Below are positions 9,901-20,108 of a DNA stretch of 64,000 bases, in pieces. A program made the translations under genes and the position numbers. The first letter of the stretch is position 1, and each line of letters begins with the position of its first letter. Under the pieces are notes generated by a model that saw only the letters and a program-made list of their open reading frames with translations, was not told where the DNA came from and made no database searches. Source of the stretch: Candidatus Saccharimonadales bacterium (GTDB taxonomy: Bacteria; Patescibacteriota; Saccharimonadia; Saccharimonadales; JANWIN01); NCBI GenBank assembly GCA_038231155.1, contig JBBRLY010000016.1, positions 21,506 through 85,505 on the forward strand. The letters are read 5' to 3'.

Positions 9901-9928
9901 TTGACGATATATCGTCATTAGATATACT
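9901..9928 (+). promoter_or_regulatory. Sigma70 promoter of padR with an overlapping palindromic operator
   Basis: TTGACG-16nt-TATACT, with ATG 7 nt downstream (leaderless); perfect 16-bp palindrome TGACGATATATCGTCA at 9902-9917 covers the -35. Confidence 0.7.
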
Positions 9929-9935
9929 TAAGTCT

Positions 9936-10286
9936 ATGAATGGACACGCAGATAATCTTTTACCCCAAGTGTCTTTTAATATAATGTTAGCTTTGAGCTT
10001 AAAACCACGTCATGGGTATGAGCTGATGCAACAGATTGAACAGGATTCTCGAGGTGTTATAAAAATCGGTCCAGGTGCCCTCTATGGAGCTATAAAACAA
10101 CTCAACGAAGATGGTTTGATTGAAGAAATGCCATTTGAAGATAAGCGTCGACGCTATTACCGCTTGACTAAGAAAGGTTGGGATCGTTTAGGTGCCGAAA
10201 TTAAATACTATAGGAACGCTCTAAAACTAGCTGATCAACGCCGAATTGCTTTAGAAAGTGTCGGGTTAAAGTTATGGCTAAATTAG
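9936..10286 (+). CDS. PadR family transcriptional regulator
   Basis: PRHGYEL...GPGALYGAIKQL...GLIE...RRRYYRLTKKG. Confidence 0.92.
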   Translation: MNGHADNLLPQVSFNIMLALSLKPRHGYELMQQIEQDSRGVIKIGPGALYGAIKQLNEDGLIEEMPFEDKRRRYYRLTKKGWDRLGAEIKYYRNALKLADQRRIALESVGLKLWLN

Positions 10287-10894
10287 CTAAGCGATTTCCG
10301 TATTACTCTAAGTTCTTAAATCTTTATCCTATGTCCTACCAAAAACGTTATAAAACCCAAATGTTGCAAACTTTGGCAGATATGATTGATGATCCAAGCA
10401 ATTCAAAAACTAAGATTTGGATGACAGTTGGATTTGATATGCCCATCAGTATTGTTAAACAACAATTAATTTTTACTGGAAATATTATGACTAAAGAAAT
10501 GTCTAGTTATGTTAAGCAAATTGGCCTATTCAGTGCACTTCTCTTATTACCATTCTTTTGCTTGATAGCAATCAATTCAGTAACTGCTAATTCTTTATAT
10601 AATAGTTGGTTTTGGGAACCTCAAGTACTTGCTATATGGCTAATTATTATGCCGGCAATTGCTTTAATAGTTACAACCGCTGCCTTTATATACTTGCTAT
10701 CCAATAAGAAACGGGCTTTTTGGAAAAATATTACAGATGTACGCCGTAACTGGCCGTTGACAATAGTAGCCGTTTTAAGTATTGGTATAATTACCCTGGC
10801 CTTTGGCCATGACTCAGTACACTGCGTTGTTGGTAACCCAGTTAAAGAATTTCGTAACTGGCAAACCACTTGGACTTGTATAAAACAAGGCTAG
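10274..10894 (+). CDS. Membrane protein coupled to PadR
   Basis: N-terminal LYPxxYxxRY motif seen in PadR partner proteins; three TM segments. Confidence 0.7.
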   Translation: MAKLAKRFPYYSKFLNLYPMSYQKRYKTQMLQTLADMIDDPSNSKTKIWMTVGFDMPISIVKQQLIFTGNIMTKEMSSYVKQIGLFSALLLLPFFCLIAINSVTANSLYNSWFWEPQVLAIWLIIMPAIALIVTTAAFIYLLSNKKRAFWKNITDVRRNWPLTIVAVLSIGIITLAFGHDSVHCVVGNPVKEFRNWQTTWTCIKQG

Positions 10895-12288
10895 TTTTGC
10901 AATGTAGCTTTGGTAAGTTGTCGTTTTTTATTTGTTATACCGATTGCTGAAACTAGGCCGCCAATTAATAACAATACAGCCATCGAGATAACGCCCTTGT
11001 GAAAAGCGTTTACACCATGAGCCACCGAACTAGTGGTAAAGGCATCGGCTCCAATAATAAGACCAATAAAGGCAATGGCGATAAGACCAGCTATTCTAGA
11101 CACGGCGTTATTAATAGCTGAGCCCATACCTGCATGCTCAGGCTTAATACCGCCTAGAATGGCACTCGTTAACGGAGCCACCGTCATAGCTAAGCCAAGT
11201 CCAAAAACTATAATAGCTGGGAATATTTGTGTCCAATAGGATATTGGTTGATTTACTCGCATCATCAGTAAAAAGCCAATAGCGCCAACTATTGGGCCAA
11301 CCGCCATAAAAAAGCGCGGACCAAATTTAGCTGACAAACCACCAAATCTGGGTGAAAGCAAGAACATGATAAATGTTACCGGCAAAAAGGTTAATCCGGC
11401 TCGAAAGGCCGAATATTTACCAACTGACTGGACAAAAATTATTAGTAAAAATGTAGCTACTGATAGTCCGGCGTATATGGCAACCGTAGCTATGTTGCCA
11501 ACACTGAAATTCCTGACTTTAAATAATTCCAGTGGTAACATTGGATTTTTGATATTTTTCTCATAAACGATAAAGCCAATCAAAGCGATAAATCCGAAGA
11601 TTAATGGTATAAAGACCATTGGGCTTTGCCAACCGTAGCGAGGCTGTTCAATGAAACTGTATACTGGACCGCCTAGTCCGATAGCGCAAAGTAATGCTCC
11701 GATAATATCGACGTGGGCGTCTGGTGGTAACTTTTCCGGCAGCTTAAGCAATTTTAATAAACCAAGGGTAATTACAATTGGTATTACATTTATACCAAAG
11801 ACCCAGCGCCAGCCGGCGGCATCGACTAAAAATCCACCAATTAATGGACCGATTATAAAAGATATTCCGGTCCAAGCTGTCCAAGTTCCTATAGCTTTGC
11901 CTTGACTCTCACCTTTATAGGAAGAGATTATAATAGCTAGCGAGCTAGGTACTAATAATGCTCCGGCCAGACCTTGGAGGGCTCTGGCAACAATTAAAAA
12001 TACAGTATTTGGTGCAATAGCACATAACACTGACGCTATTAAAAATCCAATTAATCCGGTTGAAAGTACTTTTTTACGACCAAATATATCACTCAGTGAC
12101 CCGGCAATTAAAATAAAGGAGCCCAGGGTTAACAAATAGGCATCAACAATCCATTGTTGGGCAGCTAAACCACCACCTAATTGCTTGGAAATGGCCGGTA
12201 AGGCAACATTTACAACTGAACCGTCTAAGAAAGCTACAAATGAGGCAAGTATACTAATTATAAGTACTAGCCTCAGTTGTTTTCGCAT
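10891..12288 (-). CDS. MFS drug:H+ antiporter (DHA2, 14-TM)
   Basis: LDGSVVNVALP, GSLSDIFGRKK, ARALQG, WRWVFGINV. Confidence 0.9.
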   Translation of the reverse strand: MRKQLRLVLIISILASFVAFLDGSVVNVALPAISKQLGGGLAAQQWIVDAYLLTLGSFILIAGSLSDIFGRKKVLSTGLIGFLIASVLCAIAPNTVFLIVARALQGLAGALLVPSSLAIIISSYKGESQGKAIGTWTAWTGISFIIGPLIGGFLVDAAGWRWVFGINVIPIVITLGLLKLLKLPEKLPPDAHVDIIGALLCAIGLGGPVYSFIEQPRYGWQSPMVFIPLIFGFIALIGFIVYEKNIKNPMLPLELFKVRNFSVGNIATVAIYAGLSVATFLLIIFVQSVGKYSAFRAGLTFLPVTFIMFLLSPRFGGLSAKFGPRFFMAVGPIVGAIGFLLMMRVNQPISYWTQIFPAIIVFGLGLAMTVAPLTSAILGGIKPEHAGMGSAINNAVSRIAGLIAIAFIGLIIGADAFTTSSVAHGVNAFHKGVISMAVLLLIGGLVSAIGITNKKRQLTKATLQN

Positions 12289-12335
12289 AAATATATAATA
12301 TCAGTCATAACCGAAATATTGCTGACAATATGACT

Positions 12336-12560
12336 TTACTGTTTATTGCGGAGTTCGCCGATGGTCTGTTGAGCACGTCTTTCAGCCAAATCAGCATCTT
12401 TAGCTCGACGTTCTAAATTTGAAGCTTCAGCTTCTAGCTGGTTGGCTACCTTTTCTAGATCAGTCGCATTTTTATGCATATTAGCTGCCTGATCTCGGTG
12501 CTGCCGGGCCTGTGTCCGTGCTTGTTGTGCGGTTTGTCTTACCTGATCACCTGCTGCCAC
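12336..12560 (-). CDS. Small coiled-coil hypothetical protein
   Basis: A/Q/R/E-rich 74 aa; AAGGAG SD before the GTG start. Confidence 0.6.
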   Translation of the reverse strand: MAAGDQVRQTAQQARTQARQHRDQAANMHKNATDLEKVANQLEAEASNLERRAKDADLAERRAQQTIGELRNKQ

Positions 12561-12654
12561 ATTAGCTCCTTATCTATTTAGTATACTTACTAAATCAAAC
12601 CTTGATCTAACGAACTATAAGATGTCTAACATATACTAGGGTGTTACTTCGGTA

Positions 12655-13083
12655 TTATTGATTAACTACGCTAAAAGTACCTTGGACTTGATCTTCGGTA
12701 TGATCATGGAAACTAAAATTACCAACCTGGACTAGAGTAACACTTAGACTTTGTCCCTTGGTTAATAGACGTTCGGTCACTCCATCGTAAGCTTGATGGT
12801 CTTCATGTAGTCCAAAAGCTACTAGCCTGGCCTTACCATCGAGGTTAATAATCATGAGGCTATCGCAAAGTGAACCGATAGTATTACCTGATTTAACCTT
12901 ATCGTTTTGGATAATAACTTTATGAGTTTCATGGTTACCGTTGCACTGAATAGTATTAAGACCAGACTTTTTATTAAAGCCGTTTGCTAAATAAATAGAT
13001 TCAGTAACAGTAGCTACAACTGCTATCGTAATAATAGCTATCATTAACTCTGTTTTGAATACCTTATTTTTACGTCTAAGCAT
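12655..13083 (-). CDS. Secreted or membrane-anchored cupredoxin-like domain protein
   Basis: N-terminal TM helix; C-terminal GNFSFHDH...GTFSV pattern. Confidence 0.55.
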   Translation of the reverse strand: MLRRKNKVFKTELMIAIITIAVVATVTESIYLANGFNKKSGLNTIQCNGNHETHKVIIQNDKVKSGNTIGSLCDSLMIINLDGKARLVAFGLHEDHQAYDGVTERLLTKGQSLSVTLVQVGNFSFHDHTEDQVQGTFSVVNQ

Positions 13084-13159
13084 TAGCTAATATTAGCATG
13101 CATATTTGCATCTAAATTAACTAGTAATTCTAGACATAAGTTGTTATAATATAGGTTAC

Positions 13160-13558
13160 GGGGCTGAATTTTAAGCTCGACGTTGGTCTTTATCGGTTAT
13201 GGATGCAGGTCGCTTGTCAGCGATATAGGCAAACCACGAATAAGTGCAAAATCTTTTCGTAACGTAGTTGCTTCAGTTAATAACTTTGTAAAAAGCTTAA
13301 CTCCAGTAACTGCAACAGCTTTAGCTTAAATTGCTTTAGCCACGCCTAGCGTGACACCAGATAATTCTAGCGCGTGTCATATATCTGGATGCTCAGATTT
13401 GCTTGATCCTACAAATTTGTTAAGACTTTGGATCAAAGATACATGACTTTTTGGTCATTTACCGGCCACGTATCTTACAGTTAAATGACCTATACCTGTA
13501 GAAGCCTAACCAAGATAAACTAGCGGACCCGGAGGGCGGTTCTCCGGCAGCTCCACCA
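13160..13558 (+). ncRNA. ssrA: tmRNA
   Basis: GGGGCTG/CAGCTCC-A-CCA acceptor stem with G3-U70; T-arm CCGGAG/CTCCGG; tag ORF 13246-13329 AKSFRNVVASVNNFVKSLTPVTATALA* after ATAAGT; TATAAT at 13145-13150. Confidence 0.92.
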
Positions 13559-13564
13559 AATTTA

Positions 13565-14041
13565 CTATAACTTTTTCTCTATTGGCTCGTATTGAGCCAT
13601 AATTTTTTTAGCCCAAATCAAAGCATCTTTTGCTCTTATACCACTTGGCTGTGGTTTTATCCACAATTCCAAATTATTAATTGAATTATCAAATCTAACT
13701 CCATTCTTGTGGTGAATTGACTCTCCTTTTGTTAAGTATCTGCCTAAATACTTTTCCATAATAAGAATATGTTCAAATACATAATTACCTTTACTACCAT
13801 GCGAACGAGGATGCCCTTTTTGAAATACCATAACATAGCCATTCTTTAAATAACTGCCAGTTCCGTACTCTGGTTTTAATAAGCTTGTACAATGTCTACA
13901 ATTTTTATATTTCGGTGAGTGGTAATTAATTTTACATGAATAACATAGAACCGTTTTGCTCGAATGATATCTACAACTGGGGCAGCTTTTGTGATTACTA
14001 CTAGGCTGAAATTCCTTGTTACAAGTAGAACAAATACGCAT
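13565..14041 (-). CDS. HNH endonuclease (homing-endonuclease type) with N-terminal Zn ribbons
   Basis: Four CxxC pairs; YVFEHILIME...IHHKNGVRFDNSINNLELW. Confidence 0.85.
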   Translation of the reverse strand: MRICSTCNKEFQPSSNHKSCPSCRYHSSKTVLCYSCKINYHSPKYKNCRHCTSLLKPEYGTGSYLKNGYVMVFQKGHPRSHGSKGNYVFEHILIMEKYLGRYLTKGESIHHKNGVRFDNSINNLELWIKPQPSGIRAKDALIWAKKIMAQYEPIEKKL

Positions 14042-14137
14042 GGATGCGATTATAAATTAAATTTGGAATACTCACCAGCTCCACTCCCCCTAAACCTTAG
14101 TAGTAAATATATTCATCCCAGTGTAGTTGTCTAGTGA

Positions 14138-14749
14138 TTAATAACCGGCTAAAGCCGTAGTCCAATTAGTAGCAATACGTCGTTGGGCTTCCGTCAGTTG
14201 AATTGCCCCAGAACAGACTAGGGAATGCAGTTTATTCTCCACTTTATCCTTAGGGTTAGGGCTAGCACCAGGTTCGGGCCATAAATTTCTAGTATCTTGA
14301 GGCGATCCACCTAATTCCAAACTAATTAAATGGTCATATTCATAATTACTGGAGCTATCAATAAAGCCGTACTGTTGCATACTAACTTTTTTAAGTGTGC
14401 TGGTAATATTAGTAGGGGGACGTACTGTTTTTGTATAACCGCGTACGCAAATGGTCTGGTTAATGTTAGCTTGGGTTACATTTGGGTCAGCCTCGCCTGG
14501 CGTGCAGTTTGGATCTGGCAAATTACTGCTGGCTACATGACACTGCGAATTGGGATTTTCTGTAGCGGTGAGCGCTGAAGACGGCGATGTGGCCTGACTT
14601 GTTCGTGAAGAGTTAGTAGCCACATAAGGTTGAGATTGACCAGAATTTTTTGCTTGATTCATATATAAAACTCCGGTAATAACTACAGCTATAACAAGCA
14701 AGATAAATAAAAATAGCCGGATCTGAGTGCTATTGCTAAGATTTTTCAA
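14138..14749 (-). CDS. Membrane-anchored or secreted HNH-like nuclease domain protein
   Basis: N-terminal TM helix, S/T-rich linker, YEYDHLISLELGGS...NLWPE...KDKVEN. Confidence 0.65.
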   Translation of the reverse strand: MKNLSNSTQIRLFLFILLVIAVVITGVLYMNQAKNSGQSQPYVATNSSRTSQATSPSSALTATENPNSQCHVASSNLPDPNCTPGEADPNVTQANINQTICVRGYTKTVRPPTNITSTLKKVSMQQYGFIDSSSNYEYDHLISLELGGSPQDTRNLWPEPGASPNPKDKVENKLHSLVCSGAIQLTEAQRRIATNWTTALAGY

Positions 14750-14921
14750 ATTCTATACCACCTTTTGCGTTGTAGCATTTCTAAGTTTATAAATTATCAG
14801 GATTCTTGGGAATTATATAATTTTAGGACATTATCTGAAAACTTATCGTGATGCTACTTTCCGTGTAAGTTAAATATATTATAGATAAATTGTTAAACTA
14901 AGGATTAATATATAAGAAATT

Positions 14922-15668
14922 ATGTCTGAAAACTTATTACCCTTAGTTGCTAGTGATGTTGATGATACCTGGTATGACGGTTTATCAATCTACGATTACG
15001 TAGCTGCCCAGATTGATGATGGCTCGCTGCCAGCACATGCACTGCAGATGTTAGAAGTAACTGATTTAACTGTTGAAGGTTATCGCCAAGCAGAAGATAA
15101 GCACGAAAGTGTCACCAGGAAACTATTGACTGGCTATGCCAAGGTACTTGAAGGAGTACCTTTTATGGATATAAAGAATTCGACTGAGGCTTATATTAAA
15201 AAAACCGATAAATTTTATGGTTTTACTGAGCCGGTTGTAGATATGATGGCTGCTACCCATGACTTAGCCTTTATTACCGGTGAACCGCAATTTGTAGTTG
15301 ATGCTGTAGGTAATCGCTTTGGTACATCCAAGTGCTATGGTAGCCAGTTTGAAGTAGTGGATGGACTGTTTAGTGGCAGATTATTAAGAAGCTTAGCAAC
15401 AAGTAACGAAAGACTTCAAGTAATAGCTTCACTATTGAAAGTCCGCCCAGAAACTGAAGTCTCTGTCGGTTTTGGTGATTCAAATATAGATATTAAATGG
15501 CTGAGCGCCATGTCGCATGCCATTTGTATTAATCCGGCCGCTGAACTGCGAGCTACTGCCCAGGCAGAAAATAAGTCATCAACTAATTGGTACATTATCG
15601 ATGAACCATCACTAGCGATAGATGCCATTACCGGTATATTAGTGCAAGTACAAGCCGGCCGAGTTTAA
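14922..15668 (+). CDS. HAD-superfamily hydrolase (IB, phosphoserine phosphatase-like)
   Basis: DVDDT motif I, ITG motif II, GDSNID motif IV. Confidence 0.8.
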   Translation: MSENLLPLVASDVDDTWYDGLSIYDYVAAQIDDGSLPAHALQMLEVTDLTVEGYRQAEDKHESVTRKLLTGYAKVLEGVPFMDIKNSTEAYIKKTDKFYGFTEPVVDMMAATHDLAFITGEPQFVVDAVGNRFGTSKCYGSQFEVVDGLFSGRLLRSLATSNERLQVIASLLKVRPETEVSVGFGDSNIDIKWLSAMSHAICINPAAELRATAQAENKSSTNWYIIDEPSLAIDAITGILVQVQAGRV

Positions 15669-15681
15669 CTGGTGAGTGCTT

Positions 15682-16998
15682 CTAATGACTAGCAGGTGGT
15701 GCACCTTCGCCCCAATTTTGGTGTAGTAAATGGGCTGGAGCCCGGTAAATTAATAGGAATAGTATTCCACCAGCTAGAGTCGTAAAACCGCCAACTAGAA
15801 TCGGGGTACTTATTCCTATCGTTGCCAGGTATCCGCTTAAAGCTGCCGGTACGGCTTGAGCTAGTGATTGAACTGAAGCATTAATACCCAGCACTTCTCC
15901 CTGAATATTAGAATCAGCACTAATGCTAACTAGAGAAATAGTATTAGCAATTGAATTTCCTAGGAACAAGGCAAATATTGGGGTTATCCAAAGTAAATCG
16001 GTGGTTTTTGTTGCCATAAGAAACAGAAACAGGGTTATACCGGAGCCAATAAAACTAAACCTAAGTACTTGGAAAGGTTTAAGTTTTTTAGCAAGTAGCG
16101 GTGTAAGAACTGCTTGCACAAAGGCAATCCAAATACCTATGTAAGCAAAGAAGTCACCAACGTTGTTTTGGGTGAAGTGAAGCTTATTAATTAGCAAAAC
16201 TTGAAAGAAAGTCTGAAAGAAGGCAAAACCGCCCCAAAACAAAAATACTGAAGGGAAAATAACCCTAAGTCCAGGGTAACTAGCCGCCGTAATGATATTG
16301 TGGACAGATTTTGTAAGTTTAATTTTAACGTGCCGAAGTACTAAGTTTGTTTCTGGTAACAGAGTAATAATTAATCCCAAATTAATGGTACTTAATATGG
16401 CTGTAAACCAAAATGGCGTAGCTGGGTTAAACCAATGTGGGGTGTGAAACAAACCAAAAACACTAATGCCAGAGCTACCCAGCTTGGCGCCCAAATACGG
16501 TCCTAGCACAAAGCCGGTGCCAAATGCGGCACCTATTAGAGCAAAACGTTTAGTCCTATCTTTAGGCGGTGTAACATCAGCGATTACGGCTTGGGCTACA
16601 CTTAAGTTGCCACCAGTTATACCGTCTAAGGCCCGGGCAAAAAATAGCAACGGAATATTACGTTCTATAATTCCGATAGCAAATAAAACATAGCCAATGG
16701 CAGTACCAAAAATGCTAAATCCAAGTATTGGTTTACGCCCAAAGCGATCAGATAATTGTCCTAAAATAGGTGTTGCTAGAAACTGCATCAATGGATAAAT
16801 GGCAACTAGCCAGCCTAGTAGTATTAGCCCGCCTTTAAATGTCCAACCGGCTGGTAGCAAATAAAATGAAGACCGGGGATTAGCTAGTAGCTGTGGAATA
16901 ATCGGTATTAGTACACCGACACCAAGTACATCTATAAAGATAGTCATTAAGACTACTGGTAGTGCTCTTTCTTGATCTATCTTACTAAAAATCGCCAT
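15682..16998 (-). CDS. MFS transporter (DHA1/TetA-like)
   Basis: GQLSDRFGRKP motif A, RALDGITGGN, GFVLGP. Confidence 0.88.
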   Translation of the reverse strand: MAIFSKIDQERALPVVLMTIFIDVLGVGVLIPIIPQLLANPRSSFYLLPAGWTFKGGLILLGWLVAIYPLMQFLATPILGQLSDRFGRKPILGFSIFGTAIGYVLFAIGIIERNIPLLFFARALDGITGGNLSVAQAVIADVTPPKDRTKRFALIGAAFGTGFVLGPYLGAKLGSSGISVFGLFHTPHWFNPATPFWFTAILSTINLGLIITLLPETNLVLRHVKIKLTKSVHNIITAASYPGLRVIFPSVFLFWGGFAFFQTFFQVLLINKLHFTQNNVGDFFAYIGIWIAFVQAVLTPLLAKKLKPFQVLRFSFIGSGITLFLFLMATKTTDLLWITPIFALFLGNSIANTISLVSISADSNIQGEVLGINASVQSLAQAVPAALSGYLATIGISTPILVGGFTTLAGGILFLLIYRAPAHLLHQNWGEGAPPASH

Positions 16999-17018
16999 TG
17001 GTTTAACTCCTACTTATT

Positions 17019-17471
17019 TCATGAATGATGAAAGCCACTTTGCCTATCTAGGCAAATGCTGTCATGCATTATGTTTAATATTTCCTTTAGGGACTGTTGC
17101 TGTTTAGGCGTTAATGTATCAAAAGTTGGTGCATGATAATTATTAAGTATCTGCATAGCTTTTTCAGTCAATTTTTCACCTTTTGTCGTTAAAGTCGTGA
17201 TATGTTCACGTTTATTTTTAGGACTGATACGGGTGGTTAAATATTCTTTATCAAAAAGTAGTTTAATTTGGCGACTAATGCTGGCTTCTGTTTGGCCGAG
17301 TCTGTCAGCTATTTGTTTTTGCTGAATAGACGGGTTCCATCTAAGTACCATCATGATTTTAAATTGGGAAAATCCCAGACCCAATTGTTCTAGGAGAACT
17401 TGATCTGACTGGCGCATTAACATAAACGAAATGTGGTTTAGTAAATAGCCGATATTGTTTGATGGTTTCAT
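17019..17471 (-). CDS. MarR family transcriptional regulator
   Basis: QFKIM...QKQIADRL...SISRQIKLL...NKRE...LTTKG wHTH; upstream of an MFS transporter. Confidence 0.88.
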   Translation of the reverse strand: MKPSNNIGYLLNHISFMLMRQSDQVLLEQLGLGFSQFKIMMVLRWNPSIQQKQIADRLGQTEASISRQIKLLFDKEYLTTRISPKNKREHITTLTTKGEKLTEKAMQILNNYHAPTFDTLTPKQQQSLKEILNIMHDSICLDRQSGFHHS

Positions 17472-17508
17472 TAAAACACCCCGTGCATATATTAAAAGTT
17501 TATACTTA

Positions 17509-17532
17509 TAATACTTAACAAGTCAAGTATTA
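17509..17532 (-). promoter_or_regulatory. Near-palindromic MarR operator over the -35 box
   Basis: TAATACTTaACaaGTcAAGTATTA dyad containing TTGACT on the minus strand. Confidence 0.55.
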
Positions 17533-17573
17533 TCATTAATGTGGTTTTATTACAGGGGTTGAGTTGAAAACTT

Positions 17574-18416
17574 CTACGGTTGATTTAGATATAATTTGTG
17601 CCAATCGTTCATCGACAGCTCTTGAGCTCTAGATTGAGGTGAAATATTAGCAATCTGCAGCCACTGACTGACCGGCTCTTTAGATAGTCGCAGGCCACCG
17701 CTTAGGGCATTTAATAAGGTCTTTCGTTTATTGCTAAAACCAGCTTTAGCAATACTTAAATAACGGCGTTCATCAATATTCACGAACAGTGGCTTTTTTC
17801 TAGCCTTGATTATTAAAACTTGTGAATCAACTTTGGGCGACGGCTCAAATAACTTGGCCGGAACTAATTGTCCGAGTGAAACCTGGTAATATAGCCCAAC
17901 GGCAACACTTATTACACTCATCTGACCAGGACTAGCCGCTACCCGCTGGGCCACTTCTTTTTGGATTAATAGGACCGCTATAGCTGGTTTATTGACGGTT
18001 TCGGTTAATAGTCTAAGTAAATTAGCCGTTAAATAATATGGGATGTTGGACACGATTTTATAACCAGCCGGAAGACGCGTTAGATTAAACTGGCGGATAT
18101 CGCCATGCTCAATTGAAGCTTCATGACCAAAGCGATTTTCTAGATCAGGGATTAATGTCTTATCGAACTCTAGAGCAAGTAGTTTTGCTCCACAGCTTAA
18201 AATTAACTGTGTTAAGTTACCAGTTCCGGGTCCAATTTCTAAAACAGTATCGGTTGGTTTAAGATCTGCCGCGTCAACTATCGACTGAAGGACGGATTTA
18301 TCTTTAAGCCAGTGCTGGCCAAATTGTTTTTTAGCCATGAATTCAGGTTTCATAAATTTAGTAAGTTTAGACCAGTGGTAGGGTCTTGGGAACGTTTTAA
18401 AGCCTCTCCATACCAA
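17574..18416 (-). CDS. rsmA: 16S rRNA dimethyltransferase RsmA/KsgA (true start probably near 18353/18338)
   Basis: KKQFGQHWL, VLEIGPGTG, NIPYY, QKEVA, PKVDS. Confidence 0.93.
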   Translation of the reverse strand: MVWRGFKTFPRPYHWSKLTKFMKPEFMAKKQFGQHWLKDKSVLQSIVDAADLKPTDTVLEIGPGTGNLTQLILSCGAKLLALEFDKTLIPDLENRFGHEASIEHGDIRQFNLTRLPAGYKIVSNIPYYLTANLLRLLTETVNKPAIAVLLIQKEVAQRVAASPGQMSVISVAVGLYYQVSLGQLVPAKLFEPSPKVDSQVLIIKARKKPLFVNIDERRYLSIAKAGFSNKRKTLLNALSGGLRLSKEPVSQWLQIANISPQSRAQELSMNDWHKLYLNQP

Positions 18417-18772
18417 CGATGCAGTAAAATTTCGCAGGTGCCAGCTACTTCCAGTTCTTTAACATGGCCCCCAAAAGCCTGCATTTGGTCGTTAGAAAAG
18501 CTGCCATGAATATGTAAAATTGGCTGGTCAGCTGTCCAAGCAATGTTACCTTGTAAACCTATAATTTCTAAGGGTTCATCCAACTTTTTCCAGTTATAGA
18601 GTTTTTTAGTTAAGTCGTATGAACCAATCTCTGCCCACATACAAGCACCCAAGCCACTAATCCAGGCTCCACCAATTTTTTGTTGTTTAACTATAGTTTC
18701 TAGCTGCTTTATTAACAGTTCACCTTTTTCTAAGCGTACTAACCAGTTATAGCCGTCAAACCTATATGTCAT
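18350..18772 (-). CDS. PPC/DUF296 domain protein
   Basis: RLEKGE, GLG, EIIGLQGNI, HIHGSF, GGH. Confidence 0.85.
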   Translation of the reverse strand: MTYRFDGYNWLVRLEKGELLIKQLETIVKQQKIGGAWISGLGACMWAEIGSYDLTKKLYNWKKLDEPLEIIGLQGNIAWTADQPILHIHGSFSNDQMQAFGGHVKELEVAGTCEILLHRWYGEALKRSQDPTTGLNLLNL

Positions 18773-18808
18773 AGTCCTATTTTAACAGCCCCGGCATTTG
18801 ATCCGGCA

Positions 18809-20098
18809 TTACCAATTGTGATGGGCCAGCCAGTAGTTATAGGCAGCAGACCAACTACCAAATCGGGAATCAGCATAACTAGTCGCCCACTTTAACTGGG
18901 TAACTGAACTGGTTTGCCAGTCACTACCAAAGGCTGACATCTTACTTCCCGGTGTAGCTTGGCCTAAACCATAGCCACGGTCTGCTGGAATATAACTTGG
19001 TGCAAAGCCTGGGCAGGAACCGTAAGCCCCTTGAAGTTTAGTCGGACACCAACCAGATTCATGACTGACAATATAGTTTACGTAAGGATAGTCCGAAGAA
19101 GATATACCAGCGGCAGCCATAACTACTGATTTATCCTCTGGTATATAGACGGCTTTACCACGGGCGATAATTTCCGGAACTGGTTGCTGGGCAATAATTT
19201 CTTGGATTTCTTGGCGCGATTCTTCCTTGCCGTTTTTAATGTTAAGTTGGTAAGTAACTAATTTTTTACCTGGTGAACCTTGCTGTCGTATAGCCGTAGC
19301 ACCAAAGGAAAGCGTTGGGTCTTCAACTATCTGGATCGGTGTTGGGATAACTTCAGTGACGCTTATTATTTGTGTGCCTTGACGTGAAACGACTATCGAA
19401 ATTCCAGCTGTAATTGGTGTTGTAACGGCTGGTTGGACGGTATCGCTTTTAGCGATTTTAACCTTTTTTTCGCTTAGCAGTTCAGCGACAGTTTTTGCGT
19501 GGGTGCGTACCGCCACAGGCGTACCGTATAGATTAAGATAAGCTGGTATGGCCCGATCGATAACAATTTCCCGACCAATACTGGAAGAATGTAGAATTTT
19601 ATCAGGAATTTGAATTTGCAGATTATCTTCAGCATAGACGGTTACACCAGCCTGAGCGGCTATACTACGAGCAGTAGTGGCGGCACTAAAGCTAAAACTT
19701 CTATGACCGCCATCGACAATTGTTACCGGCTGGGCCCGATAGACGTTAACTCGAAAGTTATCTTCTACGATTGCTGAAGACGGGTCTGGCTCAATTACAT
19801 CGCCTTGGTTTAATTTAATGTGTAAGCGATTTAAAAGGTCAGTTACGGTTGTAGCCCGTGTTGGAACGATTTGTTTCTTTTGATTGTCGCTCAAGATTAC
19901 GACATGTGAATCGCCAGCACCAACTGTTTGGCTGCCAAGAGCAACATAACCGACACCGGTTATAGCTAGTAGGACAATTAAAGTTACCACCGGTACAACT
20001 AGTGGATGATTTTTTAAATGTATTAAGCGTCGGCGTTTTGAAAAAACGTATCGGGGTGATAATTTTTTTAAGTTAAATCTTTTTCTGGCTTTAGACAT
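18809..20098 (-). CDS. RpfB/YabE-like protein (DUF348 repeats, G5 and a lytic transglycosylase-like domain)
   Basis: TM helix, T-A-T-V repeats, G5 (QGSPGKK...IIARG), IVSHESGW...YGLGQA...YADSRFGSW. Confidence 0.85.
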   Translation of the reverse strand: MSKARKRFNLKKLSPRYVFSKRRRLIHLKNHPLVVPVVTLIVLLAITGVGYVALGSQTVGAGDSHVVILSDNQKKQIVPTRATTVTDLLNRLHIKLNQGDVIEPDPSSAIVEDNFRVNVYRAQPVTIVDGGHRSFSFSAATTARSIAAQAGVTVYAEDNLQIQIPDKILHSSSIGREIVIDRAIPAYLNLYGTPVAVRTHAKTVAELLSEKKVKIAKSDTVQPAVTTPITAGISIVVSRQGTQIISVTEVIPTPIQIVEDPTLSFGATAIRQQGSPGKKLVTYQLNIKNGKEESRQEIQEIIAQQPVPEIIARGKAVYIPEDKSVVMAAAGISSSDYPYVNYIVSHESGWCPTKLQGAYGSCPGFAPSYIPADRGYGLGQATPGSKMSAFGSDWQTSSVTQLKWATSYADSRFGSWSAAYNYWLAHHNW

Positions 20099-20108
20099 AA
20101 TTTAAATA

